Source of the DNA: Chromera velia
Taxonomy: Eukaryota
Reading direction: 5' to 3'
DNA: 57,364 bases
NCBI GenBank assembly: GCA_018398765.1
Contig: JAHBMJ010000058.1
Location: 1 to 57,364, forward strand
Made by a program: the position numbers and the translations under genes. The notes beneath the pieces are model-generated. The model was not told the DNA's origin. It saw nothing but the letters and a program-made list of their open reading frames with translations, and made no database searches. Each line of letters starts with the position of its first letter. The first letter of the stretch is position 1. Of the stretch, positions 12,511 through 26,500 are shown one piece after another.

Positions 12511-14589
12511 TTTGTTTGTTTTGGGTTGACCCCATGGAATGTAGAGACAAACTGGTACGTGTTCTGGTGGGGTGGGGAAGGGAGTGACGATCCTGTTCAT
12601 GCAATCCATATCGACATCATCTTCATGCAGAAAGGGGACGTGCAGGAGGAACTGAAAATGGACAAGAAGGGAGGAGATACATTTGTCACAGCAAAAGGCG
12701 ATGCTGGAAGTGCCCCTTTTGTGCCCAGCTTTCTGTACCCTTTCTTGCAACCAGCCCGCAGGTAGAATACTTGGTGATGAAACTCCTCTTGGGTCATTTT
12801 TTATTCTGTTTTGTATTTTGCGTTTTCTGTTTACGTATGCGAGCTGCCATGTGTCTTCGTTTCCTTCCCCCCTCGCTGCACTGGCAGACTGACACCACGA
12901 GAGATGAAGCACAAGACCATGACAGCCAGTGAAATGGATTCTCCAACTCTACAGATAACGCAACTGATCATCACAAAAATCTGCATGCATCTTTCTTTCT
13001 TTCTGCTTTCCGGACCGACATGCAGGCCACCCGGGCGGAGAGCCAGGAGATCCCGACAGCGTGATGGAAAAGTTGAAGGCGAACCTGGAGGAGCGGGGAA
13101 TGCCGTTTGTGTACTCAGACAGCGAACAGAAATTCAGGTTTGGTGCATGGGGCCTCCGGAGGGAAGGTTGCAGTGCATGGGAGGATCGATGAAGCTTTTT
13201 TAAGGAATTGGGAAGTGCATGCGGTGCAGAGAGAATGCGATTCATTGGCAGGCCTGCGTTGTGTCCTTTCCCGTTGAATTGAAGGAGACGACAGAGGAAG
13301 AGAGAGGGTGTTGGTGCCTTGATCTAACATGCATAGGAAGTATGCATTGACCTCTAAGAATGATCTGCTTGAGGCCGGACGTAAGTGGATCCCTTCCATC
13401 CTTCATTTATCTGTCTGTCTTTCTGCCTGAGTCTGAATGTGTCTGTTTGTCGATCTGCGGACGTATGCGAATCGGAAGGGATCGTCGATCATTAAATTAA
13501 ATTAATGTCAGGAGAGAACATGAAGAGCGCGCTAGCTCCCCCTTTCTGCATTTGATTGCGTCACTGCGTCCCTTTCTCCCTATGTTCCTCCTTCCATCAT
13601 GCCGTCCAATTGACGCACGCATGCAGAGACAGACTGAATTGACGCACGCATGCAGAGACAGACTGAGTTACCCCCTGGTCTCCCCTGCCCTTGTCCCTAT
13701 GGGCCCTTCTGGGAGAGAGAAGCGGAGCGTTGGGGGAAGCATACGGGCAGAGACGGAGAAGGAGCACGACGTAGCTTACTGGTTCAAGCATCTTCCTCCG
13801 TCTCTCGTCCATGTGGCTGGGAATGAGGTCGGCGTCCGTGCAAGTATGTGCGTTAGTCAGCAAAAGTTTCGAATGGAAATGAGAAGCTACTGCTGAATGA
13901 AAAGATCGAAACTGGGTGTGTGAATTGACGAAAGAAACCAAAAAGAGAAAGGTAGAAGAGAAAACGACGGAAATGAAGAGACGCTTTCGTAAGAGCAAGA
14001 AACTCCAGAGGACAATTAACTTTTGGATAAAGAAGGGGTCGATCCCCTCAAAGCTCTTGTTGTCCTCGTGAAAGAAGCCTGAAAGCGACGCGGATTGTTG
14101 CACCTTTTTTATGTGTCGACCTTTTTGTTTTCGCTCTCTGTCAAGTCGCACCGTCTGTCAGCATGGCTGCATGTTTTCGTTTCTTTCTCTCTCTTTTTTG
14201 TGCTACGGGTATTTGTGCAGGTGTTGCTCAGTGACTCTCTCATGCTGGCTGGGAAAGTAAACTCTACTTTCGAAGGGAGACTGGTCGAAGAGCGGACGGG
14301 GGGAGAAGCTACCTCCGGGTCTCCACGTGAGCGGCAGTTTGTGCCTCGTGAGTGTCTTGTTGCAGGAACGCTCCACCAGAAACTAGAAGACGGCGCTGAC
14401 AGACAGGTCATTCCTGAGCTGGCAAAACTGCCCTATGGGAAGGACGTGACGGTCACAGCTCCAGACGACCGGATGAGTGTGACAGTCTTCGGGGAGACGT
14501 TCCATAATTTCCATTTGTTTGACCCAATAGAAGGGATTGCCCAAAAAGCAAATGAAAGCATCGGAGAATTTGTGTTGAAACGGACGTGA
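9325..14589 (+). CDS. Multi-exon alpha/beta-hydrolase, HSL-like esterase/lipase (Abhydrolase_3); start uncertain
   Basis: Spliced exons give [16 protein letters not shown] (~10404), [21 protein letters not shown] (~10671-10796), [25 protein letters not shown] (~11090/11712), VLVSPWLD (~11962), [23 protein letters not shown] and FHNFHLF; stop at 14589. Ser/Glu/His triad present. Confidence 0.88.
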
Positions 14590-15858
14590 CCTGTACGTAA
14601 CTTATAGGAACTTATTTGGTTGCATTAAGTAGTCTCAGCTATCTTTTATCATTTAACTAATCTCTCATGCCTAGTCGCCTTCTTCCCGCTTCTTTATGAG
14701 GAGTCTGTACTGCGGCCATGCATGTCTTCTTTTGTACTAACTACTAAGCCAATGAAAGGGCGGTTATAGCCTTTTTCATAGTTGCATGTAGTTTATTGTC
14801 TGAATCCTTTTTATTCTACTTATGGCAGTCTTATGCAGATTTATACTGCTTTAAGTGCTGCCATGTGCAAACTTGTTTTCATAATGTCTACTATTTTACT
14901 AGGTGTGACTCCATTTTTTTTTTTAATGAATGTTTATACAATTTGTCAATTTTATACAATTTAAGACAATTTTTCTTATTATAGCTTTAAAAGCCGTAAA
15001 AAGCCGGCGCAAGGACGCCGTTCACTATGAGCATCACTGATAAGTCAGTGACGACCATTTTTTTTTTACAGTGACGACCATCGATAAAAAAAAATCTGCA
15101 CATTTTTTGATATTTTTCGTACTTCTCACTTAGAATAACTGAAAAAAAAGTTTCTGCATGTCTTTTGACCCTTTTCATATGTGAGACGGTATCTCTCACT
15201 ATATCAGTACTGTGACAGTACACGGCTTTTCACATACACGTCCCCCTCTTCCCCCTTTCATATTGAGATTTTAACATGGATAGTCTTTGTGATTTATCTT
15301 AGACTATCTTAGACTCATGTTGTGTTCTTTTTTTTAAAAAATGTGGTTCTGGTGACTTTGGTTAGTTACTGTCAGCCCCTGCCCCCGCGGGGCCTGGCCC
15401 CCCGACCTGCATACACCCCCGGCCGCGCCTCTGCGCATGCATGTACCCTTGCACCCCGCGAGCAAAACGTACGCGCGATCATGCATGCAGGAAACAATGT
15501 GTATATATATATACCCTGCATGGCCGAGATGCTGAAAGTCGGCACCTTACTTCGAGATCTGACAGTTCCAAGCTCCCACAGTCAAGTCTTTGACGTGAGG
15601 TAAAGTTCCATCAGATGGTAAAGACAACGCGAAGGAGGAGACAAACGAATCAGATTCTTGATGCAGCGTGTGTCTGGCTAGATTAATAAACGCACCGTGC
15701 AAGTGTTGTTTGTCTGACCTTGTTATACGCGTCAAAACACTTCCCAAGTCGACCTTCATGATAGCGATCATGGGATTGTGAGAATATATAGTCACTAAAC
15801 CCAGAAGAAACCAACCTTTGATTTCGGTATGGGCGGGATAATTCCCTGCCGTGATACG

Positions 15859-18800
15859 ATGGGGGGTCTGGCTGGAGGTGCTTAGACAGGCAAGAGGGAG
15901 GACAAGGAGACTGTCACACTGGAGCAAGAGGACAAAACCGTCCAAGAGAAAATTCCCACGGGAAAGAACTCTGGGTCGGTCTGAAGCAATTACCGTTGCC
16001 TTTCACTAGATACTGTACAGTGCCTGTTCACTTCTTTAGGGTGTGCATCCAAACCCTTCACTTTTGCAGGTACTTCCTTGACATTCAATTGGAAGAGGAC
16101 TTCGTCTGTACCATACAGGGGAAGAGAAGAGTGTGGCTCCTGTACTCTGCTGTCATCTTCCTCTTTCTGGACGTTGTGGACCTGGTGATTTGCAGGGTGT
16201 CGAACGCATCGGACCCTCTCTGTATGGTCCGAAAAATTGTCTCGATCTCTGCTTCCATTTTCCTTGCAACCATCGCACTTTGGTACCCCTTCGCTCCTTT
16301 TCTGTTCGAAAAACTGGTGGCTTTCGGGATTATTCTTTGGGTATTTTCTGCCTCAATAATAAGGGAGGGTGTCCTCACTCCGTTGGAGTCCGCTGAAGAA
16401 ATCATCCGGGTTGAGGCCGTGGTGGTGGCATTGGTTACTATGTTCGTCATCACTGTCCTTATTGCAATGCCCCTACGTCGGCCCACCTTGGTGGTTGTTA
16501 TTGTGTTCGTGTGCGGTATCGAGGTTGCCGAAGGTATCTGCTTGGTTACGGGGGCAGAGTTCGACGCAGGCACGACAATCAACGCCCTGTTCGGGATCTT
16601 CGCGGCTGCTGTGGTCTTCTGTGCTCTGGGCCTGAACCTGGCAAGAGAAGAGGTTGGTCAGGGCCCCAGTCTGCTGCCATGTCTCTCTCTGACCCCCTAC
16701 CCTATCTGCCTGTTTGCCTGCGTTGGTACCAGCCTGCTCCCTTTCCCCCTTGGAAACCTTCCGTAGCCGCCTCGCATCTACATGCCTCCCTGCGCGTCCT
16801 CAACCCTGCCTACTTACCTTCCTGCCTGCCCACGTTACTTCCTGTCTATGCTCCTTCTTGCCTGGTGTGTTGCCTCGTTGCGTGCTCGCCTTGCCAGCTT
16901 GTCTGTCTGCAAAGACACCTGCCCGCTCTTCTACCTGCCTGCTTGCTTTTCCACGTTTCCGTCCGCCATTTCGGCCAACTCACTCACCGACCGACCCATT
17001 TCCCGCCTGCCTGACTGACTGAGTGACTGGGTGAACGACAAAAGACAGAGAGATTCAATGTTTGGGAGATCCGATCCGTAGAGAAACATGCAGGAAACAT
17101 TTGAGCCTTGATGGATACCCGCACTGGACAAAAACAAAAGAAGTCGAAGTGCAATCGTACGCCCCAAAAGGACCCTCCCTCCATCGTTTGTTTCGTCTCT
17201 GAACCTCATGCATGCTTCTTTCCTCTCACCCCCACCCCGTCTAGCTGTATGCCTGCCTGCCTGCCTACCTGCCTGCAGTTTAGTATTCGAAACTCGTTCT
17301 TCAAAGCGACGAACCAGAAGACCACCTTCGCCCACCTGATCGATGAGGTCGACCGTCACGGCCTGATGGGACTGAAGAGGGCAGGTCCGCAAGGGGCACA
17401 CACACACAGTCAGACGGGAGGAGGCAGATCCCCTGCAGAGCGACTGGTAGAACTTGTAACGGGGGCAGTCCACGAACTGAGGTGGCAGGAAAATATTCTC
17501 AGACATCAAGTGAGTGAGTGAGTACATTGTGAAACGACCAGTCCCCCCATCCCGTTCATCTCGTCGGTTTAATTTTTGTCCTCGTTCAACTCTCTCGCAC
17601 CTTTTTTCTTACATGCGGCCCCCCCCTTGTCTTGAATTATATGTCGAATGGAGGGATGCACATTTGTGTAGCAGGATGGTAGCATGCCGAAAAGGACCCC
17701 AAATCTTTTTTTCCCTCGTCGATCTGGCTCTCACATGTTTTATGTTCTGGTGTCTACCCTGTCTCTTCTTTTGAACCGGTGCTTTCTCACTTCAGCCTTT
17801 TCCGTGTCTCCTCCTAGCTGTCTCTTCAGTCTCATTCTATCTCTTCATTTCTTTGTTTCTCCATGTTTGTCTCTGCCTGCTGCTCTAACAACTGACTCCC
17901 TCTGCCCCCCCCCCCCCCNNNNNNNNNNNNNNNNNNNNNNNNNNNNNNNNNNNNNNNNNNNNNNNNNNNNNNNNNNNNNNNNNNNNNNNNNNNNNNNNNN
18001 NNNNNNNNNNNNNNNNNNNNNNNNNNNNNNNNNNNNNNNNNNNNNNNNNNNNNNNNNNNNNNNNNNNNNNNNNNNNNNNNNNNNNNNNNNNNNNNNNNNN
18101 NNNNNNNNNNNNNNNNNNNNNNNNNNNNNNNNNNNNNNNNNNNNNNNNNNCTGCAGGCTTGGGGAGGAGACCCAGTGACTGCCTGGAGACTCGCGGACAC
18201 TACATGGAACGTCATCAGGGGTCTCGAGGAGGCTGCATCTCTGGCGGCACACACAGAAAACCTCATGGAGGTTGATATCACACAGGTCAGGCAGGCATGA
18301 GGCGGGCCAGACAGTCAGGGAGATAGCTCATGAAACAGCGGACTAGAAGAGAGCAGACGGTAAGGACAGGAAGAGACACCTGAGTTTTTCTCCCTGTGAA
18401 AACATACAAGATCGATGCGCGCTCGCGAAAGTCTGCAGGGCATTTTGAAAAAAGAGACCAGCGAAAAGCGAATCGTCGATGTCCATTTTTTGCACGTCCC
18501 TTGACACTCTTTTTTCATATGTTTGAGCAAGAGCTGCCCTTATAGCCTCGTGAATGCGTGGCTTGCGTGCATCTCTCCAAAGATGTCGTCTCATGTGATA
18601 ACTGTCTTTATCTTCTCTTCCTTTGTCCTGCCTTCCGGTTAGTATACACGCCTCATCAAAACACACGAAAACACACGGATGAGATTGATTTCATGAGCTG
18701 CAATACGAATACGTAAGTATGCCTATTTCTGCATGCCCCTGCTTCTCTCTCTGTCTTTTCTTCTTCAGATGGTGAGATTCGCACACCCGGACGCGCTCCT

Positions 18801-20256
18801 CGAGTCGGAACATGAGCACCTCGACCCCCTGCAACTCGCGAGAGAGCATAGCCCCTTCTCTTCTGCTGTCGAGATCTCTCCCATGAATACAGAAGAGCAG
18901 GGTCAGATGGTCCGGTTCCTCAACACCTATTTTGCGCGTCAACGATTCAAAGACAGACTTCCTTTAAGATCTGGAAGTCGAAGACGTTCCTCCGTCTTCT
19001 TTCAAGGCGATGAGGAAGCGCCACCACCCCCAGCCCCGTCTCAGTCGGCCCATAAGAGATTGAGCGAAGAACTGGAACGTCTCCTTGAGCCTTTCGAGGG
19101 CCACCTGCCGAAGACACTGGGCAACAGAACAACAGAGGGAGCAGAAATCCAAGGTCCACTGTCTCAGCACGGAGACGGAAAGACAGAGACTGCTGCAAAG
19201 GAATGAAACAACGATGTGAGAGAATTCGAAGACAAAGAAAGTGCGCTGAGTCTGCCCTTCACCCCACGGAGCGAGACTGCCGGTGTGAGAATCAAGAATC
19301 CGCTTCCCATCGTCGGCCTTCAGCTTCTCCGCCCGTACCTCAGCTATCCTCTCGGCATGACTGATCTGACCAAAACTCTCCAATTCCTCTATCTGGTCCG
19401 TCGGTCCGCCCGCTCGTCCATAGCATGGGTGGGAGAGAACGGGCAGGGGGGCCTATGTCTTTTTTCTTCCTCAGACAATTCTTCTTCAGACTTTGTTTGT
19501 CCCTTCTACCTTTTTTGTTTCTTCGTTCTCGTCAATTCCCCTTCTCCCTCTTTCGCTTACTTCTCTTTGGGCAGGTCTCCTGATTTTTTTAAGTTTTGGG
19601 AGCTTCCCGTCTGTGTCAAGCATAACGCGAAATCAAACGCCCTTTCTTATTTGTCTTCCATCCATGCTTACAAGCTCTTCATCAAGCCGACTGTTTGTGT
19701 TCGCCCCTCTTTTTTGACGAGCAGGTGGAGGCAAACTATTCAAAGAAGCCCCAGTACCATAACGCAGTCCATGGGGCAGACGTGAGTCCAGCGTTTCTTT
19801 CCAGCTGCATTCATGCTACTTCATGGTTTTGCTCCGCTGCCCCTCTCTTGAGTACCCTTCACTCCAGTTGGTCATTTGCTGCACTGTTGCGTGTATCTGG
19901 GCTGTCTCTGCCTGTCTACCTCACTTTTTTTTTATTTCCTCAAATCTATAGCATGCGATGTGTCAATGGCTTGTGCCAGTGCCATCATACCAAATGTCTC
20001 CTCAGTGCTGTCTGAACGTGTGTCAGAAGCAGACCTTCAGATGGTTCTGACCTTTCAAGTGTTTCTCTCCTCACAGGTTGCTTTGATGACGGTATGGCTA
20101 GCTGAGCACTGCGGCGTGCGCCGACTGCTGAGCTCTATCCAGAACGTCTCTGTTGTCATTGTGGCCCTCTGTTACGATCTCGGTCACCAGGGGTTCAACA
20201 ACCAATTCCACTTGAACAGGTGAGCTGCACGTGAGGCATGCGTTACATTGCGTGTA

Positions 20257-20296
<40 letters not shown>

Positions 20297-21125
20297 TGTA
20301 TGTGTGTGTGCGTGTGTATGTGTGTGTGTGTGTGTGTGTGTGCACCAGAGAACCACGTGTGCTACCACGGGACCCTTTTTTATTTGTCTGTCCGGCGAAG
20401 TCCATGAGGACAGGCGCATTCCATTCCTTTGAACTCCTGCCTTGGAACTTTCATATTCCCTCCCTCCCTTCCTGCAGTGGAAGTGAGATTGCGATGATGT
20501 ACAACGACAGGAGCGTCCTCGAGAACTTCCACGCAGCCAAAACCTTCCTGGCTCTGAAGACAAAAGGGTGCAAAATGCTGGTCAGTCCGGATACCAGATT
20601 GGCATACAATTTGTCAGGAAACAACTCACACAGGACAGACACAAGCTTCCTAAGGATGAAGCATAGCATTGCCAAGGAAATCAGCTCACCGCTTGGCCCG
20701 TGTGCTCGGTTGCTTGCCTGCCTGCCTCTCTTCCTGCGTGCCTGAGGAGTTTCAATGATATGCGTTAACAATCGTCTCAAGATTGATTGAAGTGAAGGCT
20801 TGCATGTCCATCCTTCCCCCAATGAATCTGATGCATGGTTACAGGAACACCGGGGCACAGAAGATCAACAGCTGGCGCGGTCTGCCATCATCGATCTGAT
20901 TTTGGACACAGACATGAAGAGGGTCGGTCGGTCGGTCGGTCAATTGGGAATCGTGGTGGTCGACATCTGGTTCGTTGCTTCTCTCTGCTCTCAAATTTCT
21001 CTTTCTTTCTTTTCTTTCTTTCTTTCTTTCTTGCTTGCTTGCTTGCTTGCTTTCTTTCTTTCTTTCTTTTCTTTCTTTCTTTCTTTCTTTCTTTCTTTGT
21101 TTCTTTCTTTTCTTTCTTTCTTTCT

Positions 21126-21186
<61 letters not shown>

Positions 21187-23209
21187 TGTGTGTGTTGTGT
21201 ATGTGCTTGTGCGTCTCTGCGCTGTTTGCAGCATTTTGAGTTCGTCTCTTCCCTGAAGCTCCTCCTGACTTCTCCCGGGTTTGCTTCCAACATGTCCCCC
21301 TCCGGATCGTTAGTCCGTGAGGTCGAGAGGAAGGAGGAAGATCAGAAGGGGAAGCAGGCGGCGGAGGACCATATCTGGATGGTGACGAGGGCATGTCTCA
21401 AGGCTGCAGATCTCGGTGGGTGGAAGCGAGGCTTTTCCCTAGCTTGTGTTCTCTCTGGTTGTGTCAAGTTTGTTGCCTTGGATCGGATAGACGCTACTTC
21501 GCGTGAGTCTGCCAAAAAATTCGGATGTGTCTTCCCGTCAGGTGGGTGAGCAAAACTGAGACTGGGTCGCTGAATTGCATTGATTTGATGCTGTCTTGTC
21601 TTTTTTTGGTTTTAGACCAATGTGTGCTCTGGTGACAGGTACAATTTCGGTCATTCTTTCTTGGGTGTCTCCTTGAATGCAGTCAAGCCGTTGTGTAAAC
21701 AAATGTGTGCAGGCTACAGCGCAAAGCCCTGGCGGATTCACTTTGCCCGTGCTGTCTGCGTGACGTCGGAGTTCTTCCACCAGGGAGACACTGAGAGGTC
21801 AATGGGGCTGCCCATCTCACCCCTCTGCAACAGACGGGAAACGACCCCCTCCGGTTTATGCAAGTCGCAAGTCGGCTTTCTTACCTTCGTCTGCACGTAA
21901 GGCAAAAAAAAGGCAGGTACAGAAGGGTTTCACTGCTTGGAAGAAGATTTTGGAAATCTGAAGCAAGGCCCGATTCCCTTTCTTCCTTTTTTGTGTCTGA
22001 CGTCATATCTCAGCCTTTGGGTGAAGTTTTTTTGCCAAAAAAACAAATGTCCGCTTCTTCAGCCACGTGCCTTTGTCTTTGCCTGTTTGGTTGTGAGGCT
22101 CTCCTTTGTCTGATTCTTCATTGTCGGTTTGCACATATCCCTTTATCTGCCCACCTCTTTGTGTGCTTGTCTCTCTGTTCATCCGTGTCGATTTGAACAG
22201 GGAGCTCTTTGCGAGCCTTGCATAAGTCGAGCAGATCTCCAAGGGAAAAAGTGCACTGCAGGGCCGGCGGAGACTGTCGGAGTGTTTTTCCAGTGCCCAT
22301 CTGACTCTTCAAAGAGTGGAGGAGAGGACGAATCAACGGGGCAGCCTCATCGGGAAAAAAGGGGGGGAGGGTGCTCTGACACGGGAGGAGGAAAATATCA
22401 CATCTGTGTGTCTGAAGAATTTGAATGCCAATGTGGAAGCATGGAAGCGCAGTGAGACAGTGCACCTGCTTCCAGCGTCTCTTTTTGCAGAGGCACACAC
22501 AGAGACAGAAAAAGAATCTGGCAGAGAGCCTGGACCACCAGTTCTGGTATCTCGTCAGACCTCACCGCTCTCCTCTACCCGTCATGACCATCGACAAAGG
22601 TCTCCCGGTCTCTCCAGCCGAAGAATTTTGCAACTGAACTCCGTCATTTCCCGGATTTCTTCCGGGGAAGCTGCAATGCGGCAAGTGACACCCGGGTCCC
22701 CGTCTCTGTCTCTTGCCCGCCCAAAATCTCCAAACTGTCTGTCCAACCGACGAATTCTGACACTGAACTCTGTGGCATCCCGAATTTCCGGGGGAGAAGT
22801 TCCGATGCAACCGCAGATCAAGACATCAACTCCCAATGCATACTCAGAAAGAGTCACGCAGCTCCACTTCCCACCTACGCAACAGCTAAAAGAGCCTCAT
22901 CCCCCCCCAGCACAGTCAGATACTCAAGCAGAGTCTCACTTGGGAGTCCCTCATGTGAGTCCAGCAGGCACCCACCACCCTGCACAGTCTGATACCGACA
23001 CCGAGACGCACCTCCGTTTCCCTCACATTCATCATGAAGAGGTTCAGCCCCTCACACAACCAGAGACCCGTGGAGAGGTCCTGGTCCATTCCGATTCTCT
23101 CTCAGTCCAGGAGAGAGTGGGGAGTCTCTCTGAGGGCGTGCAGGTGGCTGCCCCCCGTAGTCGTGCAATGCTGTTCCAAGCCTTGCAGAACGATTCAACG
23201 CAAAGATAG
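15859..23209 (+). pseudogene. Class I cyclic-nucleotide phosphodiesterase with N-terminal multi-pass membrane region, disrupted
   Basis: Hydrophobic exon ~16070-16650. Motifs YHNAVHGADV (~19755), LCYDLGHQGFNN (~20170), YNDRSVLENFH, ILDTDMKR|HF, CLKAADLG, EFFHQGD, SQVGF. In-frame stops TAG 15883, TGA 19204, TAA 22223; metal-binding HD changed to YD. Gap at 17919-18150. Confidence 0.85.
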
Positions 23210-23493
23210 ACTCATTGTCGGAAACAAGAAGGGGCGGGGGGGGGAGAGAGGGGACAAAAGAGAACCGGCATGGAAGTAAGAGAAATGTTTTCCCTGTGAA
23301 CTGGGACACAAACCTGCGTGTGTTTCCAAAAGTTGTGAACAGCTTTCTTTGGGAAAGGCTCCATCGCAGAAACGTCAAAGGAGGGGAAATGCATTGGCCA
23401 GCTGTGGAAATTTGCACAGACAAGAAAGAGGCGCTTTCCGAAGTTCCCCTCGTCGCTTGCTGTGCAAGTTGCACGGTGAATTTCAGCTTCATG

Positions 23494-23592
23494 TGAGTGA
23501 GTGAGTGAGTGAGTGAGTGAGTGAGTGAGCGAGTGAATGAATGAATGAATGAATGAATGAATGAATGAAGGAAGAAAGGAAGGAAGGAAGGA
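23494..23592. repeat. Compound microsatellite (GAGT)n(GAAT)n(GAAG)n
   Basis: Directly visible. Confidence 0.9.
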
Positions 23593-26500
23593 AAGAGTGA
23601 ATTAATTAATGCAGAAATGATTGATAAGGCCGTTCCGGTTCGTGTGCACAAGGTCGACTGAACAAATCTCTTTGCTGATGCAGCTGGAAGGGAGCGAGGG
23701 GTAGCCAGGAGAAGTTAAGGGGGAAATGTTCAGCCAAGGAAAGGATCGGAATTCCAGGGGGACCAGTTAATGGATGTTCAGCGACAGAAGTTAAGTTAAG
23801 GGAAGGAAAAACAAATGGGGGGGGAAAAGGGTCGCGTCAAGTTAAGGGAAAGGAAGTGAATGTGAGCCGAGAAAAAACTAGGGGTGGTTTGGTTCCTTGC
23901 CCCCCCCCCGCGTGTTCAGACATGCATCAGACATCCTTCATCCCTCGTACTCTTTTTTCTAGACATGGGTAAGCTCAGACAAAGGGAACAACCCGTTGGT
24001 TTCCCGAGTAGTGCGCGTGCATGCATGCGTGTGTGCATGCGTGCACGTGTGAATGCTGTTGTGTCTGCTGCTGTATGAGAATCACGCGGCACTGACTGAC
24101 TAAATTCATCCCAACCTCGGGCACACTCTTTCTCTCTTCCGTGCGTAACTGTGTGCCGTTTACAAGAGGTAGCTGTTGACATGAGAACTTCCACTCGAAG
24201 TGAAGTGTAAAAACGTTCTTTCTGCAAGTTCGTTATAGCCAGCAATTCTCTCTCTTCACGTTTCTTCTGCTCTCCGACTGTTCTCTCCCCATCGACTCGA
24301 TCTGCGCTTGCTGAATGCTTTGAATGTCCGATGCATGGTAGTCCAGTAGAAACAACGAAAGAGTTGAATTCTGTTCCGAAGCGCTGCAAACGCATTGGCG
24401 GTCGATTCAGAGCTCCGACTCCCGCCCGGCAAATGTTTCATTTTATTTTTTTGTGTGAAAATTTTGGAAATACGATTCGATCAGAAAATGCCTGACTCCA
24501 GAGAACCACGGGGAAGTCTTAGCGGTACAGACGTACAAGGACATCGCTTCAAGCCGTAAAAAAAATGTACGGCTTCAGTCGCTTGGAATATGTGTTTGTC
24601 CTAGTGCGTCAAGCAAGTCCTTGTTGACACAAATCCTTTTTGATTTTTGCTGACCTGCAACCCGAAAGACGTTTTGACAAGAATGGAAGCCGTAGTTTTG
24701 GGTGTGGTATTATTGCACTTGGGCAATCGATGCAAGACGATGCTCTCAGAGCTGGGCGTAGTCAAATGAACAAACATACCTGCAGGCGTACGTACACAGC
24801 TTGAGCAGTAGCAGCATACTGCTTGCGAGCTGGTAGTAGTCTGGTATCAATCGAGTCGATGTAGAAATTGAAAGTGTAAACAAACAATATATATGCAGGT
24901 ACATGGCTGGCCCAGTGGCCCATAAGACGCAGGGCTGTTCATTACCGTCTTTTCTTATATTTCAGTACGTTGAGTATGGCCGTACTGAAAATAGTTTTTT
25001 AGTTCTTTTGACTCTGAGTCTCTCTAAGACTTTCCTAGCTTCTTTTTCATTTCTTTTCCAGACGATCATACCGTTCTGACCCTTTTTTATAAACTATAGC
25101 TATATAATAGCCCTGTTCCGATCTTTTACTAAGGTCATGGCTAATAAGATGACTTTTATAATTCGATCACTATATTGTTTTGATATACAATATAGTAAAT
25201 GATTGACTCGTCATGTTCAATCACTAGCTAACCTTTCTGTAATATAAATGCCATTAGATGATATTGCAGCCCTTATAGCTAGTGTCTTCCTACCATGCCT
25301 TAGCTAGTGCCTTAGAGGTAACGGCAGGACAGATGGAGAGCTAGACCCTGAGACGAGGCCTAGACAGAGAGATGGATCTACAACAATAGATCTACAAACT
25401 CTCAGGCAGCTCAGAGATTATTGCAATTCATGCATATTATTTGAAGATCCTCAGCCGTTTATAGAGTTGGGAGGATTCATAGTTCGAAGTTCAACTTGAC
25501 TTCTGCTAGCTAGCGATGCATCCATTTAAGAGAAAACAGACTCACAACCGAACAAACGGAACGGGAACATTTTAGCAAGACGGCTGAGCGTAAACTCTTT
25601 AAAACTTGGTGTTAGACCCAGTGACCTGGCCCCGGACCGTCCAGTCCCCGCGCAAATGGAAAAATAAACTTTTCAGGGCCAGGTAGATAGAAAGCGGCGG
25701 TGAGCGATCAAAGTACTGGCTAGAGCAGTGGTGGCGCGCATGCATGGCATTGCGAGAAAGACCGTAAACGGCGGCGGCGGGACAATGCCGGGAAGTAGGA
25801 CACTATAGAACACTAGCTAGATCTTATGCTGACATGTGCTATACTATATTTAACCATGCATGTTGTACAAGTTTTATGTTATCACACGGGATACACCTAA
25901 CCAGTTGGGTGAGTGCCTTGGGAGGGCTTTTAGGGGGTCAGCAAATTTGATTGATTGATTGATGCACACTATATCAGGGGCTTGGGCTTGTTTTAGATGC
26001 ATGAGCGAACCTAGGAGCGAATTCTCAGTTCATCTCAACATATCTCAGCAGAGCTGAGCAAGACTAAGCTGCTCCCTCAGACAACAGTGATATTTTTATT
26101 AATTTCTTGGTCTTATGTTATCTTGTGAATAAATATGAATAAGACTTATATGTTGCAAACATAGTTGCAAGTGCTAATGCAAGTGTTAATGATCAAGTCA
26201 TAATAATATTATATATATTCGGTAGTTATGATGACTATCGTAAGGCACGAGTTGGAGAAATGGAAGAAGTATTGGGAAGGGTATATTGAGATGAGATTAG
26301 ACAAGATTCGACTTTACACAGACGGAGCATTAGGAGAGGGAGCATTAGTAGTACTTAGGAGAGCAGTTCACCAGATTGCAGCGAGAACAAACACCAAACC
26401 TAGCAGAGTGATACAGAGTGGCAAGAATGGTGAAGGTCAGAATCTAGCTTGCAGTGATTAGAGTTTCGGTTTACTGTTAGTTAGTTAGTTAGTTAGAGGA

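Noticed and set aside
19204..19206. TGA=Trp alternative genetic code
   Set aside because: TGA terminates the esterase and BET3 normally, and TAG/TAA lesions co-occur in the same decayed genes.
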